DNA of 64,000 bases, taken from positions 68,522 through 132,521 of the forward strand of contig CALGPJ010000009.1 in assembly GCA_937960645.1 (NCBI GenBank), read 5' to 3'. Under the pieces are notes generated by a model. It was not told where the DNA came from. It saw nothing but the letters and a program-made list of their open reading frames with translations, and did not search any database. Shown here piece after piece: positions 10,561 to 22,174 of the stretch (the first letter of the stretch is position 1; every line of letters begins with the position of its first letter). Source of the DNA: an uncultured Spirochaetia bacterium. Lineage in GTDB: Bacteria; Spirochaetota; Spirochaetia; JABEVK01. A program made the position numbers and the translations under genes.

Positions 10561-10632
10561 TGGTGGTGAAGGGACTTGAACCCTTGACCTAACGGTTATG
10601 AGCCGTTTGCTCTACCTCTGAGCTACACCACC
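10561..10632 (-). tRNA. tRNA-Met (anticodon CAU); elongator type or possibly tRNA-Ile2 (lysidine)
   Basis: Reverse complement folds as a cloverleaf: acceptor GGTGGTG/CACCACC, D-arm GCTC/GAGC, anticodon stem AACGG/CCGTT with loop CTCATAA, T-arm AAGGG-TTCAAGT-CCCTT. No encoded CCA. G1-C72 pair and no GGG in the anticodon stem argue against initiator. Confidence 0.85.
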
Positions 10633-10667
10633 GATGAACCCAATCCTAACCACAGCCTCATGATCGG

Positions 10668-11528
10668 TCAATACGGCCCAGGATGGGCCAGGGCAACATC
10701 GAGAAGATGATGCGCCCCATATTCCCGCTGCACTTTTAGAGCCAAAATCCGGGCATCGGTTTTTCGGTTGAGCAGCAAAAGGCGGACCAGAACATTGTGA
10801 AGCGTTTTGTAGAAAGCTTCCCGATCCCGCTCTTCCCCTTCCAAATGCCAGCGATCCACCGCCAGGCGGAGGCAGGTTTGCCAGTCCCCCCGATCCTGGG
10901 CCGTGATAATAAGGTTCTGGGCAAGAAGGCCGACCAGGCGTCCCGGACCCACCACCTTCTCACCCTCCTGCCCCACGTACGGGAATAAAGGTTCCACCCA
11001 ACCATAGTCCACCGCGTAGGTCTGAGTCGACGAAACATCGACAAGGCAGAAGACGTGAGCGCTTCGGTGCAGGACACGAACCGGAAGATTTAGCGCCTGC
11101 GCGAGGGTCAAAAATACCAGGCTGGAGGTGACACAATTGTAACGGTACTCCCGAAACACCCCTTCGATCGTGGACTGGTCCTCGGTGTAGAAACGGAAAA
11201 GCCGATCCTGGAGAAAATCCACCAGCCAGCGCAAACGGCGTGTTGCCGACCAGGAGGGGTGGATGGCGGACCGCGCTTCCGCTGCCATATCCTGGAGTCG
11301 AGCGCTGACCCAGGGCCAATCGTCGGAGTTACCGAGATGCTGGGCCGCGTACATCCACCGGAGGTATTGTGGTCCTGACCGGGATATTCGGTCGACCCAA
11401 GCTGACGGAACAGGCAACTCGATGGCCACAAGAGGAAGGGAAAACAGGAGCGCCAGGGCAGTGAACGGTAAGCTCACGCTTCCAGTTTGCAGGAATCCCG
11501 TAGTCTTGACAACCTGAGGTCTTCGCAT
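10668..11528 (-). CDS. Hypothetical exported protein, possibly transglutaminase-like
   Basis: Probable start MRRPQ at 11528 followed by hydrophobic signal/TM; internal YRYNCVTSSLVF ... H ... D pattern loosely resembles a transglutaminase-like Cys-His-Asp core. Confidence 0.4.
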   Translation of the reverse strand: MRRPQVVKTTGFLQTGSVSLPFTALALLFSLPLVAIELPVPSAWVDRISRSGPQYLRWMYAAQHLGNSDDWPWVSARLQDMAAEARSAIHPSWSATRRLRWLVDFLQDRLFRFYTEDQSTIEGVFREYRYNCVTSSLVFLTLAQALNLPVRVLHRSAHVFCLVDVSSTQTYAVDYGWVEPLFPYVGQEGEKVVGPGRLVGLLAQNLIITAQDRGDWQTCLRLAVDRWHLEGEERDREAFYKTLHNVLVRLLLLNRKTDARILALKVQREYGAHHLLDVALAHPGPY

Positions 11529-11541
11529 CAGAGTTTTTGCG

Positions 11542-13203
11542 ATGCGTTGTTTTTTTGGCCTCATGGTACTGGGGATCATCGGTTCCCTGCCCCTTCCGGC
11601 CCTGGATTTCTGGAGTTCCCTTCCCCACGATCGCCTCATCGAAGAGCTCCTGAAGGTCATGACCCCGGAGGACATGGCGGGCCAGGTGCTGGTGTTCGCC
11701 TACCCCGGCGAGACACCTCCCGAGCGGCTCAGGGGCTGGGTTCGGGACAATAGCCTGGGCGGGGTCAAAATCTTCGGTTGGAATGCCAACAGCCTGGAAT
11801 CCCTCACCAAGGCGGTTCGGATGCTCCAGGAATCCAGCCAGGCCAATCGGCTCAAAATTCCCCTGTTCATCGCAACCGATCAGGAGGGGGGATGGGTCAG
11901 ACACGTCCGGTTCAACACCAGCCAGACCAGCGGCAACATGAGTATTGGGGCCACCGGCCAGGGCGCCGACGCTTACCGCACCGGGCTTTTGATCGGGCAG
12001 GAGCTGAGGGCCCTGGGAATCAATTTCAATTTTGCCCCCACCGTCGATCTGGCGATCAATCCCGAATCCCACGTCATCGGAACCCGTGCTTTTTCCCTAA
12101 ATCCCGTCCAAACCGCCATCCTGAGTGTGGCCTTTTACAAGGGTCTGGAGGAGGCCGGCGTCATCGCCACCGCCAAACACTTTCCCGGGCACGGCAGAGC
12201 CGCCGAAGACAGTCACGGCAAGCTGCCCCGTATCAATGTACGGTGGGAGGAATTGCTGGAAACCGATCTGTTGCCGTACCAATACCTCATCCGAGAAAAC
12301 ATCCCGGCCATCATGAGCGGCCATCTGGCCTTTCCGACACTTACCGGCAACGACGAGCCAGCCAGCCTGAGCAGTTTCTTTGCAACCGAGGTGGCGCGCC
12401 GGCGTTTGGGTTTCGACAACCTTCTGATTACCGACGACCTGTTCATGGAGGGCGCTCAGATTCGCGGCCGCCCCCTGGCCGAGGTCGCCGAAAAAGCGTT
12501 TCGAGCCGGCCATGACCTCATTCTTATTTCCCAGCCCCAGGATCAGCTGGCCAACACCCTGCGGCACTTCAGCCGGCTGGCCCGGAACGATGCGGGATTT
12601 CGGGAGCGTCTGCGCGTCTCGGTGGCGCGGGTCCTCCGCGTCAAGCTCCGCTACCTGCGCACTCCCCAACCTGTGCCCCTCTACCCCCAGGCACAGGAAG
12701 CACAGAGGCTCATTCCCGCCGAGGGGAGCAAGGAGTATTTTTTCCAGCAGGCGGCCCGTTCGGTCAGCATCCACGGTTCCGAGGGTCTTCCCTGGCCGGC
12801 CAATCCCGGCCGGGTCCTCCTCGTCACGCCGTACCGCCGCTCTTTCGAAATCCTGAGAAGCCGGGTCCCCACTGCCGACCTTCTGGAGTACAGCTACGAC
12901 CCGTTTTACGGCTACGACCCAGAGGTAGCCGCACGACTGCGTTCCCTGGCTCCGGGCTACGATCGTATCCTGTTCAATCTGGTGACGCCGGGAAGCGTCC
13001 AGCTCCTCTCTGCATTACAAAGCCACGCCGCAAAGGTGACCGTACTCAGCCAGCTCAGTCCCACTCCCCTGCTCAAAACCCCCTGGGTCCGATCCGCCGT
13101 CCTGGTCTGGGGCCAGCATCTCGTCAACCTGGAATTGGGCATCGCCGCCATTTTCGGGGACTTCCAGCCGCGCGGCCGGATTCCCGTCCCCTTGATGCCG
13201 TGA
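11542..13203 (+). CDS. Glycoside hydrolase family 3 (NagZ-like beta-N-acetylhexosaminidase), secreted
   Basis: Signal peptide; KHFPGHGRAAEDSHGKLP and GH3 N-terminal domain motifs. Confidence 0.8.
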   Translation: MRCFFGLMVLGIIGSLPLPALDFWSSLPHDRLIEELLKVMTPEDMAGQVLVFAYPGETPPERLRGWVRDNSLGGVKIFGWNANSLESLTKAVRMLQESSQANRLKIPLFIATDQEGGWVRHVRFNTSQTSGNMSIGATGQGADAYRTGLLIGQELRALGINFNFAPTVDLAINPESHVIGTRAFSLNPVQTAILSVAFYKGLEEAGVIATAKHFPGHGRAAEDSHGKLPRINVRWEELLETDLLPYQYLIRENIPAIMSGHLAFPTLTGNDEPASLSSFFATEVARRRLGFDNLLITDDLFMEGAQIRGRPLAEVAEKAFRAGHDLILISQPQDQLANTLRHFSRLARNDAGFRERLRVSVARVLRVKLRYLRTPQPVPLYPQAQEAQRLIPAEGSKEYFFQQAARSVSIHGSEGLPWPANPGRVLLVTPYRRSFEILRSRVPTADLLEYSYDPFYGYDPEVAARLRSLAPGYDRILFNLVTPGSVQLLSALQSHAAKVTVLSQLSPTPLLKTPWVRSAVLVWGQHLVNLELGIAAIFGDFQPRGRIPVPLMP

Positions 13204-14009
13204 ATGCCACCCTGGTCCCGCCCAGCCTGCACCATCGACTGCGTGACCTTTTGAGGGAAACAGAACCTCTGGGTGTGTCCGTATCCAGCCTGCTCCAACT
13301 CGAATCGCACCAGCGCCAGTTCTGGCTCCAGGGAAACCGAATTTTAGGGGTTCGCAACCATTCGATCCTCCTTCCCAACGACATCCTCGATCCCGAGGGT
13401 TTTCCGCGGTCATTTCGCGAATCGTTCCGAACCAAGAGTTTCGCTCTTTTTGGCTCCCCCGGGTGGTTAAGCCCCTGGGAAAAATTGTTCGGATCCCCCT
13501 GGCGCTGGATGGATTACCACTACATGGCCAGGGACCCCATCCCGCTTGCCACAGAAATTGCCATTCCCGCCAAGCTGGAAATCCATACAGCCAATGCTGC
13601 CGACCTGGATCGGTTGTGGCCCTTGCAACAACAGTACGAACTGGAGGAAGTGGTCTTCGATGCTGCCGATTTCAACGAAAGGTTGAGCCGTTTTTCGTTC
13701 GGGATGGCCCTCTCGCGCGAAAATCACTGGTACGGCAGCGTCGATTCCGAAGTGGCATGCAAGGTTTCGACCAACGCGCGGGGTATTCATTGGATCCAGA
13801 TCGGGGGCGTCTTTACCAGCACCCCCTGGCGCCGCCATCGATTGGCATACGCACTTCTGCGGCACGTCATCGACCATTATCGGCAAAAGTCCCTGGGACT
13901 GTGCCTGTTCGTCAAGAAGAGCAACCTGGCTGCCCGCGGACTTTATGAAAAACTCGGATTTCGAATTGTGGGAGATTACCGGATCGTTTATTACAATCCC
14001 CGAAGATGA
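13200..14009 (+). CDS. GNAT-family N-acetyltransferase domain protein
   Basis: ATGA overlap with GH3 gene; C-terminal HRRHRLAYALLRHVIDHY...ARGLYEKLGFR resembles GNAT motif A/B. Confidence 0.55.
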   Translation: MNATLVPPSLHHRLRDLLRETEPLGVSVSSLLQLESHQRQFWLQGNRILGVRNHSILLPNDILDPEGFPRSFRESFRTKSFALFGSPGWLSPWEKLFGSPWRWMDYHYMARDPIPLATEIAIPAKLEIHTANAADLDRLWPLQQQYELEEVVFDAADFNERLSRFSFGMALSRENHWYGSVDSEVACKVSTNARGIHWIQIGGVFTSTPWRRHRLAYALLRHVIDHYRQKSLGLCLFVKKSNLAARGLYEKLGFRIVGDYRIVYYNPRR

Positions 14010-14018
14010 TTCGATCGA

Positions 14019-14396
14019 TCAGGAAAACAGTAGTCGAATCAAACCCTGGTCGCTTTCCGGAAAATCGTAGAGAGGAAAATCCTCGGGGCTGACCCAGCGC
14101 CATTCGCTATGTTCTTCGCCCAGAGCGGGTTCGCCGCGGCTTGTTACCTCGTAGGCCAGAAGTTGGATGTCTTTCCCCTGGTGGTAAAATGTGGAGCGGG
14201 CAAGCAAGCCCACCACCTCGATTTCCAGAGACAGCTCCTCACGAAATTCCCGGACAAGGGCCGCCTCCGGGTGTTCCGATTCTTCGACCTTCCCACCCGG
14301 AAACTCCCATTTACCGCCCATGGAACCGCGCTCAGATCGCCGGGCGATGAAAATCAAATTGCCGCGTTTTAGAATACCGCAAACACTGGTGGCCAA
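14019..14396 (-). CDS. NUDIX hydrolase (MutT-like)
   Basis: Nudix box GGKWEFPGGKVEESEHPEAALVREFREELSL. Listed ORF start overlaps upstream gene by ~95 nt; TTG at 14396 immediately after the upstream stop gives MutT-like spacing. Confidence 0.7.
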   Translation of the reverse strand: MATSVCGILKRGNLIFIARRSERGSMGGKWEFPGGKVEESEHPEAALVREFREELSLEIEVVGLLARSTFYHQGKDIQLLAYEVTSRGEPALGEEHSEWRWVSPEDFPLYDFPESDQGLIRLLFS

Positions 14397-14403
14397 GGTT
14401 GTC

Positions 14404-14850
14404 TCAGAGGAAGAGGGCTGACGGGAAGATGAAGTGGAGGAGGGCCGACACGAAGCAACCGATCGAAAAAACTCCCGAATAATGGTAAATGAATTCATGC
14501 CCTACTCGAATCCAGGCAGGCAGATTCGAATCCTCCTCGGGCGGACCGAGAAAGACGGCAAAACCGATCCCCATGGCCGAAAGCGAGGGCAGGAGATTTC
14601 CCAAAATCGGCAGGTCTCCGGGGAGGACGGCGATCAGGCCCAGAAAGCCCACCAGGGCGGCGATCAAACCAACCATGCGTTGGAAGCTGCGATTTTCCAG
14701 AATCCTGACCATATCCGGCGAGAAATGACTTTTAAAGGCTGGCGCCCCCAAAATCAGACCAACGAGCACATTCGCGAGAATTAACAAAAAGTATACCTGG
14801 ATCATCCCAAACTCCTGAATTATAGTGGGAGCCTTGCCCGTTTTGGTCAA
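14404..14850 (-). CDS. Hypothetical integral membrane protein (4 predicted TM helices)
   Basis: 148 aa, four hydrophobic helices. Confidence 0.5.
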   Translation of the reverse strand: MTKTGKAPTIIQEFGMIQVYFLLILANVLVGLILGAPAFKSHFSPDMVRILENRSFQRMVGLIAALVGFLGLIAVLPGDLPILGNLLPSLSAMGIGFAVFLGPPEEDSNLPAWIRVGHEFIYHYSGVFSIGCFVSALLHFIFPSALFL

Positions 14851-14853
14851 GTG

Positions 14854-15345
14854 CTAGCCGCGGGAAACTCGCAGCTTTTTGCCAAAAATCCACAAATCCA
14901 GGGGCCCCTCTTGCGGCTTGAAGAGGAGGCGGCGGCGGACGATTCGGGGTGAGGGGCCGGAAAGCTCGACGTCAAAGGTTTGGAGCGAACGCTCGTTCTG
15001 ACCCACCGTTACCGTGAAGTTCACGGTCCGAGGATTTTGGGATTCGAACACCAGGCTCAGGACCCCCGACTCGTCATCGGGAAAGTACTGTGCCTTCAGG
15101 GTCCACCCTTCACCGATCTCCACGACACCGGAAGAGGTCAGATTATTGATCAGAAAAAAGACTGCCAGAAGAAAAACCAGATTGAGTAAGGTGAGCCCCA
15201 CACCGCGATTGTTGCGGAACCAGTCATAGGGCCCGCGAGGTCGCGGTCGAGGCGGGCAGGGTTTTGGTTCGTTTGGATCCTTGTAATAAATCGGAAATCC
15301 GTCGGGAGTTTTCATTTCCGGGCCGCCCCAAACATGACTAGGCAT
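14854..15345 (-). CDS. Hypothetical membrane-anchored protein
   Basis: 163 aa, Pro-rich N-terminus then one TM (LTLLNLVFLLAVFFLI), beta-rich C-terminal part. Confidence 0.45.
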   Translation of the reverse strand: MPSHVWGGPEMKTPDGFPIYYKDPNEPKPCPPRPRPRGPYDWFRNNRGVGLTLLNLVFLLAVFFLINNLTSSGVVEIGEGWTLKAQYFPDDESGVLSLVFESQNPRTVNFTVTVGQNERSLQTFDVELSGPSPRIVRRRLLFKPQEGPLDLWIFGKKLRVSRG

Positions 15346-16777
15346 GGGTCACCTCCGCCAGGGTTTTTTCGAGAGATCGCAGAAGTTTTTGGGGGGTGAG
15401 CCAACTCGATTGCAAGGCCCGATGGGCGGCCAGTTGATGGAGGCTCACAGCCAACAACGAAGCCGTCTCGGCGCCGTAGCGAGCGCTGAAGGCAGCCACC
15501 AGGCCAGCAAGAATGTCCCCGCTTCCGCCAAAACCCAGGGCCCTGTTCGGTGTGTCGAAAACATGGAAACGACCCTCTGCCGCGATCCACAGGGGTTGCG
15601 ACTTCAGGATGACCACCCAGTTTTTTGGGAAGGCGGAAAGCGCCTTGATGGGATCGGCCAGGATCTCGGCCCTGGGAAGGCTGAGCATGCGGGCAAGCTC
15701 CCCCGGATGAGGAGTCAGAATACAGGCCGATTGGGGAGGATGATGCACCAGGTCTGGGGTGAGGGCCCCGGCATCCAAAACCAGGGGAGCGTCGTGGGGG
15801 ATCGCCGTCGGGAACAACTCGCGGGCCTCATTCGCCTCGAGCCCCGGGCCGTACAGGACGCTGTCGGCCGCCGAAATTTTTTCCTCGAGCAAATCCTTGC
15901 GTCGAGGACGCACGATGGGGCCGAGCACCAGGGACTGAGCCGCGGTCTGCAACTCGGAGGGCACATACCACTCGACCACCCCAGCGATGAGCGCCGCTGC
16001 CTGGACGGCCATCTGCCCGGCGCCCAGCATCGTTTCACTTCCCGCCACGACGAGAACACGCCCGCGGCTGCCTTTGTGATCGTAGCGACTCGGCTGATGC
16101 CGGCGCAGAATCCGCAGCAAGTCCCCCCGATTGTAACGGAAAACCGAAATGTCCTCCTGGCTAAGGCGGCGCAATTGTGGCGGCCAGGCGAGATCGATGA
16201 GGTGAATCTTGCCGCAGGAAGGCCGGTTTTTGGGGTAGTAAAGCTCCTGCTTCAAAGGTGCGACGCAGAGCGTGGAATTGGCCCGGTAGAGGGGCCCCGA
16301 TTCCAGACCACAGGGAAGATCCAGGGCGATTTTATAGAGCCGGTCCTGTTTCAAAATCGTCAACACCCTTTCAGCCTCTTTTGGAAAACGGCCGGCCCCG
16401 CTGATCCCCTCAATGACGATGGGATCGAGTTTGAGCCAATCGTCGAGACTGCTTTGCGCGATCACCTGTCCACCACACTTTTCGAACAAATCCCGCTGTT
16501 TTTGGGTGAGGGGCTTGAGTTCCTCGGTGATCGGCCATGCCCCGACCCGTTCCCGCCGCGCACAGAGGGCATACCGCCCCACCGCCAGGGCATCCCCACC
16601 ATTGTGACCGGGACCGGCAAAAATCAACAGGGGCCGCTTCGAATCGGGAAAACGCGAATGGATTTGGTCCCACATCCGGGAGGCCGCCACCTCCATGAGG
16701 AGTTCGGCGCCTAGGCCCCATTCTGTGGTTCTTTGGTCAAGAAGCCGCGCCTGTTGGCTAGAAACCAGGTGTTGCAT
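15338..16777 (-). CDS. nnr: Bifunctional NAD(P)H-hydrate repair enzyme (YjeF-N epimerase / YjeF-C ADP-dependent dehydratase)
   Basis: FAGPGHNGGDALAVGR (YjeF-N) and VLVVAGSETMLGAGQMA...GFGGSGDILAG (YjeF-C carbohydrate kinase fold). Confidence 0.8.
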   Translation of the reverse strand: MQHLVSSQQARLLDQRTTEWGLGAELLMEVAASRMWDQIHSRFPDSKRPLLIFAGPGHNGGDALAVGRYALCARRERVGAWPITEELKPLTQKQRDLFEKCGGQVIAQSSLDDWLKLDPIVIEGISGAGRFPKEAERVLTILKQDRLYKIALDLPCGLESGPLYRANSTLCVAPLKQELYYPKNRPSCGKIHLIDLAWPPQLRRLSQEDISVFRYNRGDLLRILRRHQPSRYDHKGSRGRVLVVAGSETMLGAGQMAVQAAALIAGVVEWYVPSELQTAAQSLVLGPIVRPRRKDLLEEKISAADSVLYGPGLEANEARELFPTAIPHDAPLVLDAGALTPDLVHHPPQSACILTPHPGELARMLSLPRAEILADPIKALSAFPKNWVVILKSQPLWIAAEGRFHVFDTPNRALGFGGSGDILAGLVAAFSARYGAETASLLAVSLHQLAAHRALQSSWLTPQKLLRSLEKTLAEVTHA

Positions 16778-17981
16778 TGAACAGCCCCAGGAGCCTGTCG
16801 GTCCGCCACCAGACCGCCCGGACCCTTTGGCCGTCGCCCAGGAGGGCGGCCAGGGTCCCGTTGGAAGCCAGGCTAAACCGATAGAACTTCATCTCTTCCA
16901 AATCGATGCTCAGGCCCCGCTGCTCGGTGACCTCCCCTCGCGTATCGGTGAAGAGCACCCGAAACAGTCCCGGCCTTTCGAGCCCCAGGAAACAAAAATC
17001 CCTGCCGCGCGTAAGCCCGAGCAATTCCAGGGGACGCTCGTAAACGCGAGTGATCTCCCCATCACGCTCCTGAGAGATGACCCTGGGCACCTGAAAGGAG
17101 TCCAGCACCTGAGCTGTTTCCAAATCGATGGTGTGAACCCAACTGCTCAGGACCTGGATTCCCGTTTGGGCGCGGCTTCCCGCATCGAGCACGGAGGAAA
17201 CATAGGTCAGATAGAGATAGACCCAGGGACTGGACCAGTCCACCACGGCTTTTTCGAAGATCACCTGCACCGAAAGGCCCGCGTATTCCTGAGGGAGGGG
17301 CATGCTGTCGATGGGGAAATCGCGTTGGTAGATCAAATCCCCGGACCGGAGGTAGGAATAGACCGATACCGTGGTCAGGCTTCGAGTGACCACGTGCAGA
17401 CCACTGCGATCATCGGTGTAGAGACCGTGGATCAAATTGAAGGGCGACCCGGCGACACCTTCCCGGCCAATGTAATCCTGGTATTCGCCCCGCCGGTCGA
17501 AGCGAAGGATGACCGATTCATCCAGATTGTTTCCGACAAGCCGGCTTTGAGGCCGGATTTGTCGATCCTGGATGTAAAGATCGCGGGTGGGAGTCACCAC
17601 GAACCTGCCGGTGGAATGAAAAGGGAAGGGAACGGCGACCTTGGTGGAGACCATCCCGGTTGTCTGATTGTCTTTTAGGGTGATCGGAGGAGGATTGAGG
17701 TCGGGGTTGAAAATCATGCGCAGCAAATCGCCAAAGCTGGTGAACTCCAGTACCTTGGCCCTGGGACCATTGAGGATGTAAAACATTCCCTCCTGCAGGT
17801 ACAGGTGGGTATCCTGGGCAGGGGCCAGTCCGTTGCGCTGGAAAAGATCCAGCTCGTCTTCCAGGGCCCCGATACCGAGGACAAAGCGCTCTTCTTTTTC
17901 TAGATTGATGATTTCCTGGGTTTGACATGCCAAAAGGAACAATGCGGCAAGGGCAGGCAAGGCCTGGAGTTTCATCGTCAA
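16758..17981 (-). CDS. Hypothetical lipoprotein
   Basis: Signal peptide with lipobox (LFLLAC); 407 aa, no recognisable catalytic motif. Confidence 0.5.
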   Translation of the reverse strand: MTMKLQALPALAALFLLACQTQEIINLEKEERFVLGIGALEDELDLFQRNGLAPAQDTHLYLQEGMFYILNGPRAKVLEFTSFGDLLRMIFNPDLNPPPITLKDNQTTGMVSTKVAVPFPFHSTGRFVVTPTRDLYIQDRQIRPQSRLVGNNLDESVILRFDRRGEYQDYIGREGVAGSPFNLIHGLYTDDRSGLHVVTRSLTTVSVYSYLRSGDLIYQRDFPIDSMPLPQEYAGLSVQVIFEKAVVDWSSPWVYLYLTYVSSVLDAGSRAQTGIQVLSSWVHTIDLETAQVLDSFQVPRVISQERDGEITRVYERPLELLGLTRGRDFCFLGLERPGLFRVLFTDTRGEVTEQRGLSIDLEEMKFYRFSLASNGTLAALLGDGQRVRAVWWRTDRLLGLFNATPGF

Positions 17982-18048
17982 AGTCTATCGATTTTATGAT
18001 GAAGATGTCAATCTTGACCCCTTTGTTTTTTTGATTTACGGTTTTTGC

Positions 18049-20802
<2,754 letters not shown>

Positions 20803-20852
20803 AGCCGATAAGACAGACTTGAAACTATATATATTTTATACTATGTTAAAGT

Positions 20853-21158
20853 ATGCTCAATCCGAGTTGTCCCGAGGATTGGATCCAAAGCCTCTCGGCC
20901 AAAGTCAAGGCCATTGGGCACCCCCTGAGGTTGAAACTCCTTTTGATGATGATCCAGGAGCATCCCTGCGTCAGCGAGCTTTGGCAGTGTGTGGGGGAAA
21001 GTCAGCCCGTGGTGAGCCAACACCTCGCCATCCTCAAAGAACGCGGAATTGTCGGGTCCCGACCCGAAGGTACGCGCCGGGTTTATGAGATTGTGGATCC
21101 CGAGGTTCTACAATTGATCCAGACCATCCACCACATCATGCCGCAGGAGGGCGCTTGA
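20853..21158 (+). CDS. ArsR/SmtB-family transcriptional regulator
   Basis: 101 aa with HTH CVSELWQCVGESQPVVSQHLAILKERGIV. AT-rich region immediately upstream; ATGA-type overlap with next gene. Confidence 0.7.
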   Translation: MLNPSCPEDWIQSLSAKVKAIGHPLRLKLLLMMIQEHPCVSELWQCVGESQPVVSQHLAILKERGIVGSRPEGTRRVYEIVDPEVLQLIQTIHHIMPQEGA

Positions 21159-22174
21159 GCTGGAGCCAAACCCTGAAACTGGGCGAGTTCACGAGCACGG
21201 TCCGCATGGCCGACGAGGCCGCCGAACTGCCCACGGCGGATCTGACCCTCGTCGATGAAAACACCCGAGACCTGGCCGCCTGGTCCCATCCCTTTGAAAT
21301 TCCCAGCGGGGAGGAACACAAGCTTTTGAGCACGGTCGAAGATGTGCTCGATCGTGCCGCCCAGAACAAGCTGGGCCGGGACAGCGTGATAGCGGGTGCC
21401 GGCGGCGGAGTGATCTGCGACATGGCTGCCTTCGCCGCGAGCCTCTACATGCGCGGCACCCGCCTCGCGCTGGTGCCGACAACCTTGCTGGCCATGGTGG
21501 ATGCGGCCATCGGCGGCAAGACCGGGGTGGACTTTCGCGGCTGGAAAAACATGATCGGCACCTTTTACCCTGCTCACGAGGTGGTGATCTGGCCCCAGGC
21601 CCTCGACACCCTCAGCGATCGCGAATACTGGTGCGGCATGGCCGAGGTGATCAAGCACGCCCTGTTGAGACCCGATCCTCTGTTTCAATTCCTACAACAT
21701 AATCGTCAGGGCCTGTTAGACCGTGATCCCGGCCTCATGCCGGATCTGATCCGGCTATCGGTTCAGGTCAAGATTTGGCACGTCGAACACGATTTTCGGG
21801 AAGGCGGCATCCGGGCCCACCTGAACCTCGGGCACACCTTTGCCCATGCCCTCGAGTCCGTCACGGGCTTCAAGGAGTGGAAGCACGGTGAGGCCGTGGC
21901 CTGGGGCATCGCCCGCGCCCTCGATCTGGGGGTACGGCTGGGATTGACCGACCCCGACTACGTTGCCGAGGTTCACGATCTTTTGTCGGGGTTTGGCTAT
22001 CGGCTTCTGGCCCACGGGCTGGATCCCGAAGCCATTTACGAGGCCATGGCCCATGACAAGAAAAAACGCGAGGGGACAGTGCGCTTCGTCCTGCAAAAAA
22101 GCCTGGGGGAGACCCTCCTCGCCACCGCTCCACGCCCGCTTGTCCTGGAAGTGCTGCGTCGAGGTATCGGTTAG
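21155..22174 (+). CDS. aroB: 3-dehydroquinate synthase family protein (AroB or related sugar-phosphate cyclase)
   Basis: GGGVICDMAAFAASLYMRG, VPTTLLAMVDAAIGGKTGVD, EVIKHALL, LNLGHTFAHALE, HGEAVAWGI are DHQS-family motifs. Confidence 0.7.
   Translation: MSWSQTLKLGEFTSTVRMADEAAELPTADLTLVDENTRDLAAWSHPFEIPSGEEHKLLSTVEDVLDRAAQNKLGRDSVIAGAGGGVICDMAAFAASLYMRGTRLALVPTTLLAMVDAAIGGKTGVDFRGWKNMIGTFYPAHEVVIWPQALDTLSDREYWCGMAEVIKHALLRPDPLFQFLQHNRQGLLDRDPGLMPDLIRLSVQVKIWHVEHDFREGGIRAHLNLGHTFAHALESVTGFKEWKHGEAVAWGIARALDLGVRLGLTDPDYVAEVHDLLSGFGYRLLAHGLDPEAIYEAMAHDKKKREGTVRFVLQKSLGETLLATAPRPLVLEVLRRGIG

Noticed and set aside
15344-16714. 456-aa plus-strand ORF
   Set aside because: Antisense to nnr, which has clear motifs.
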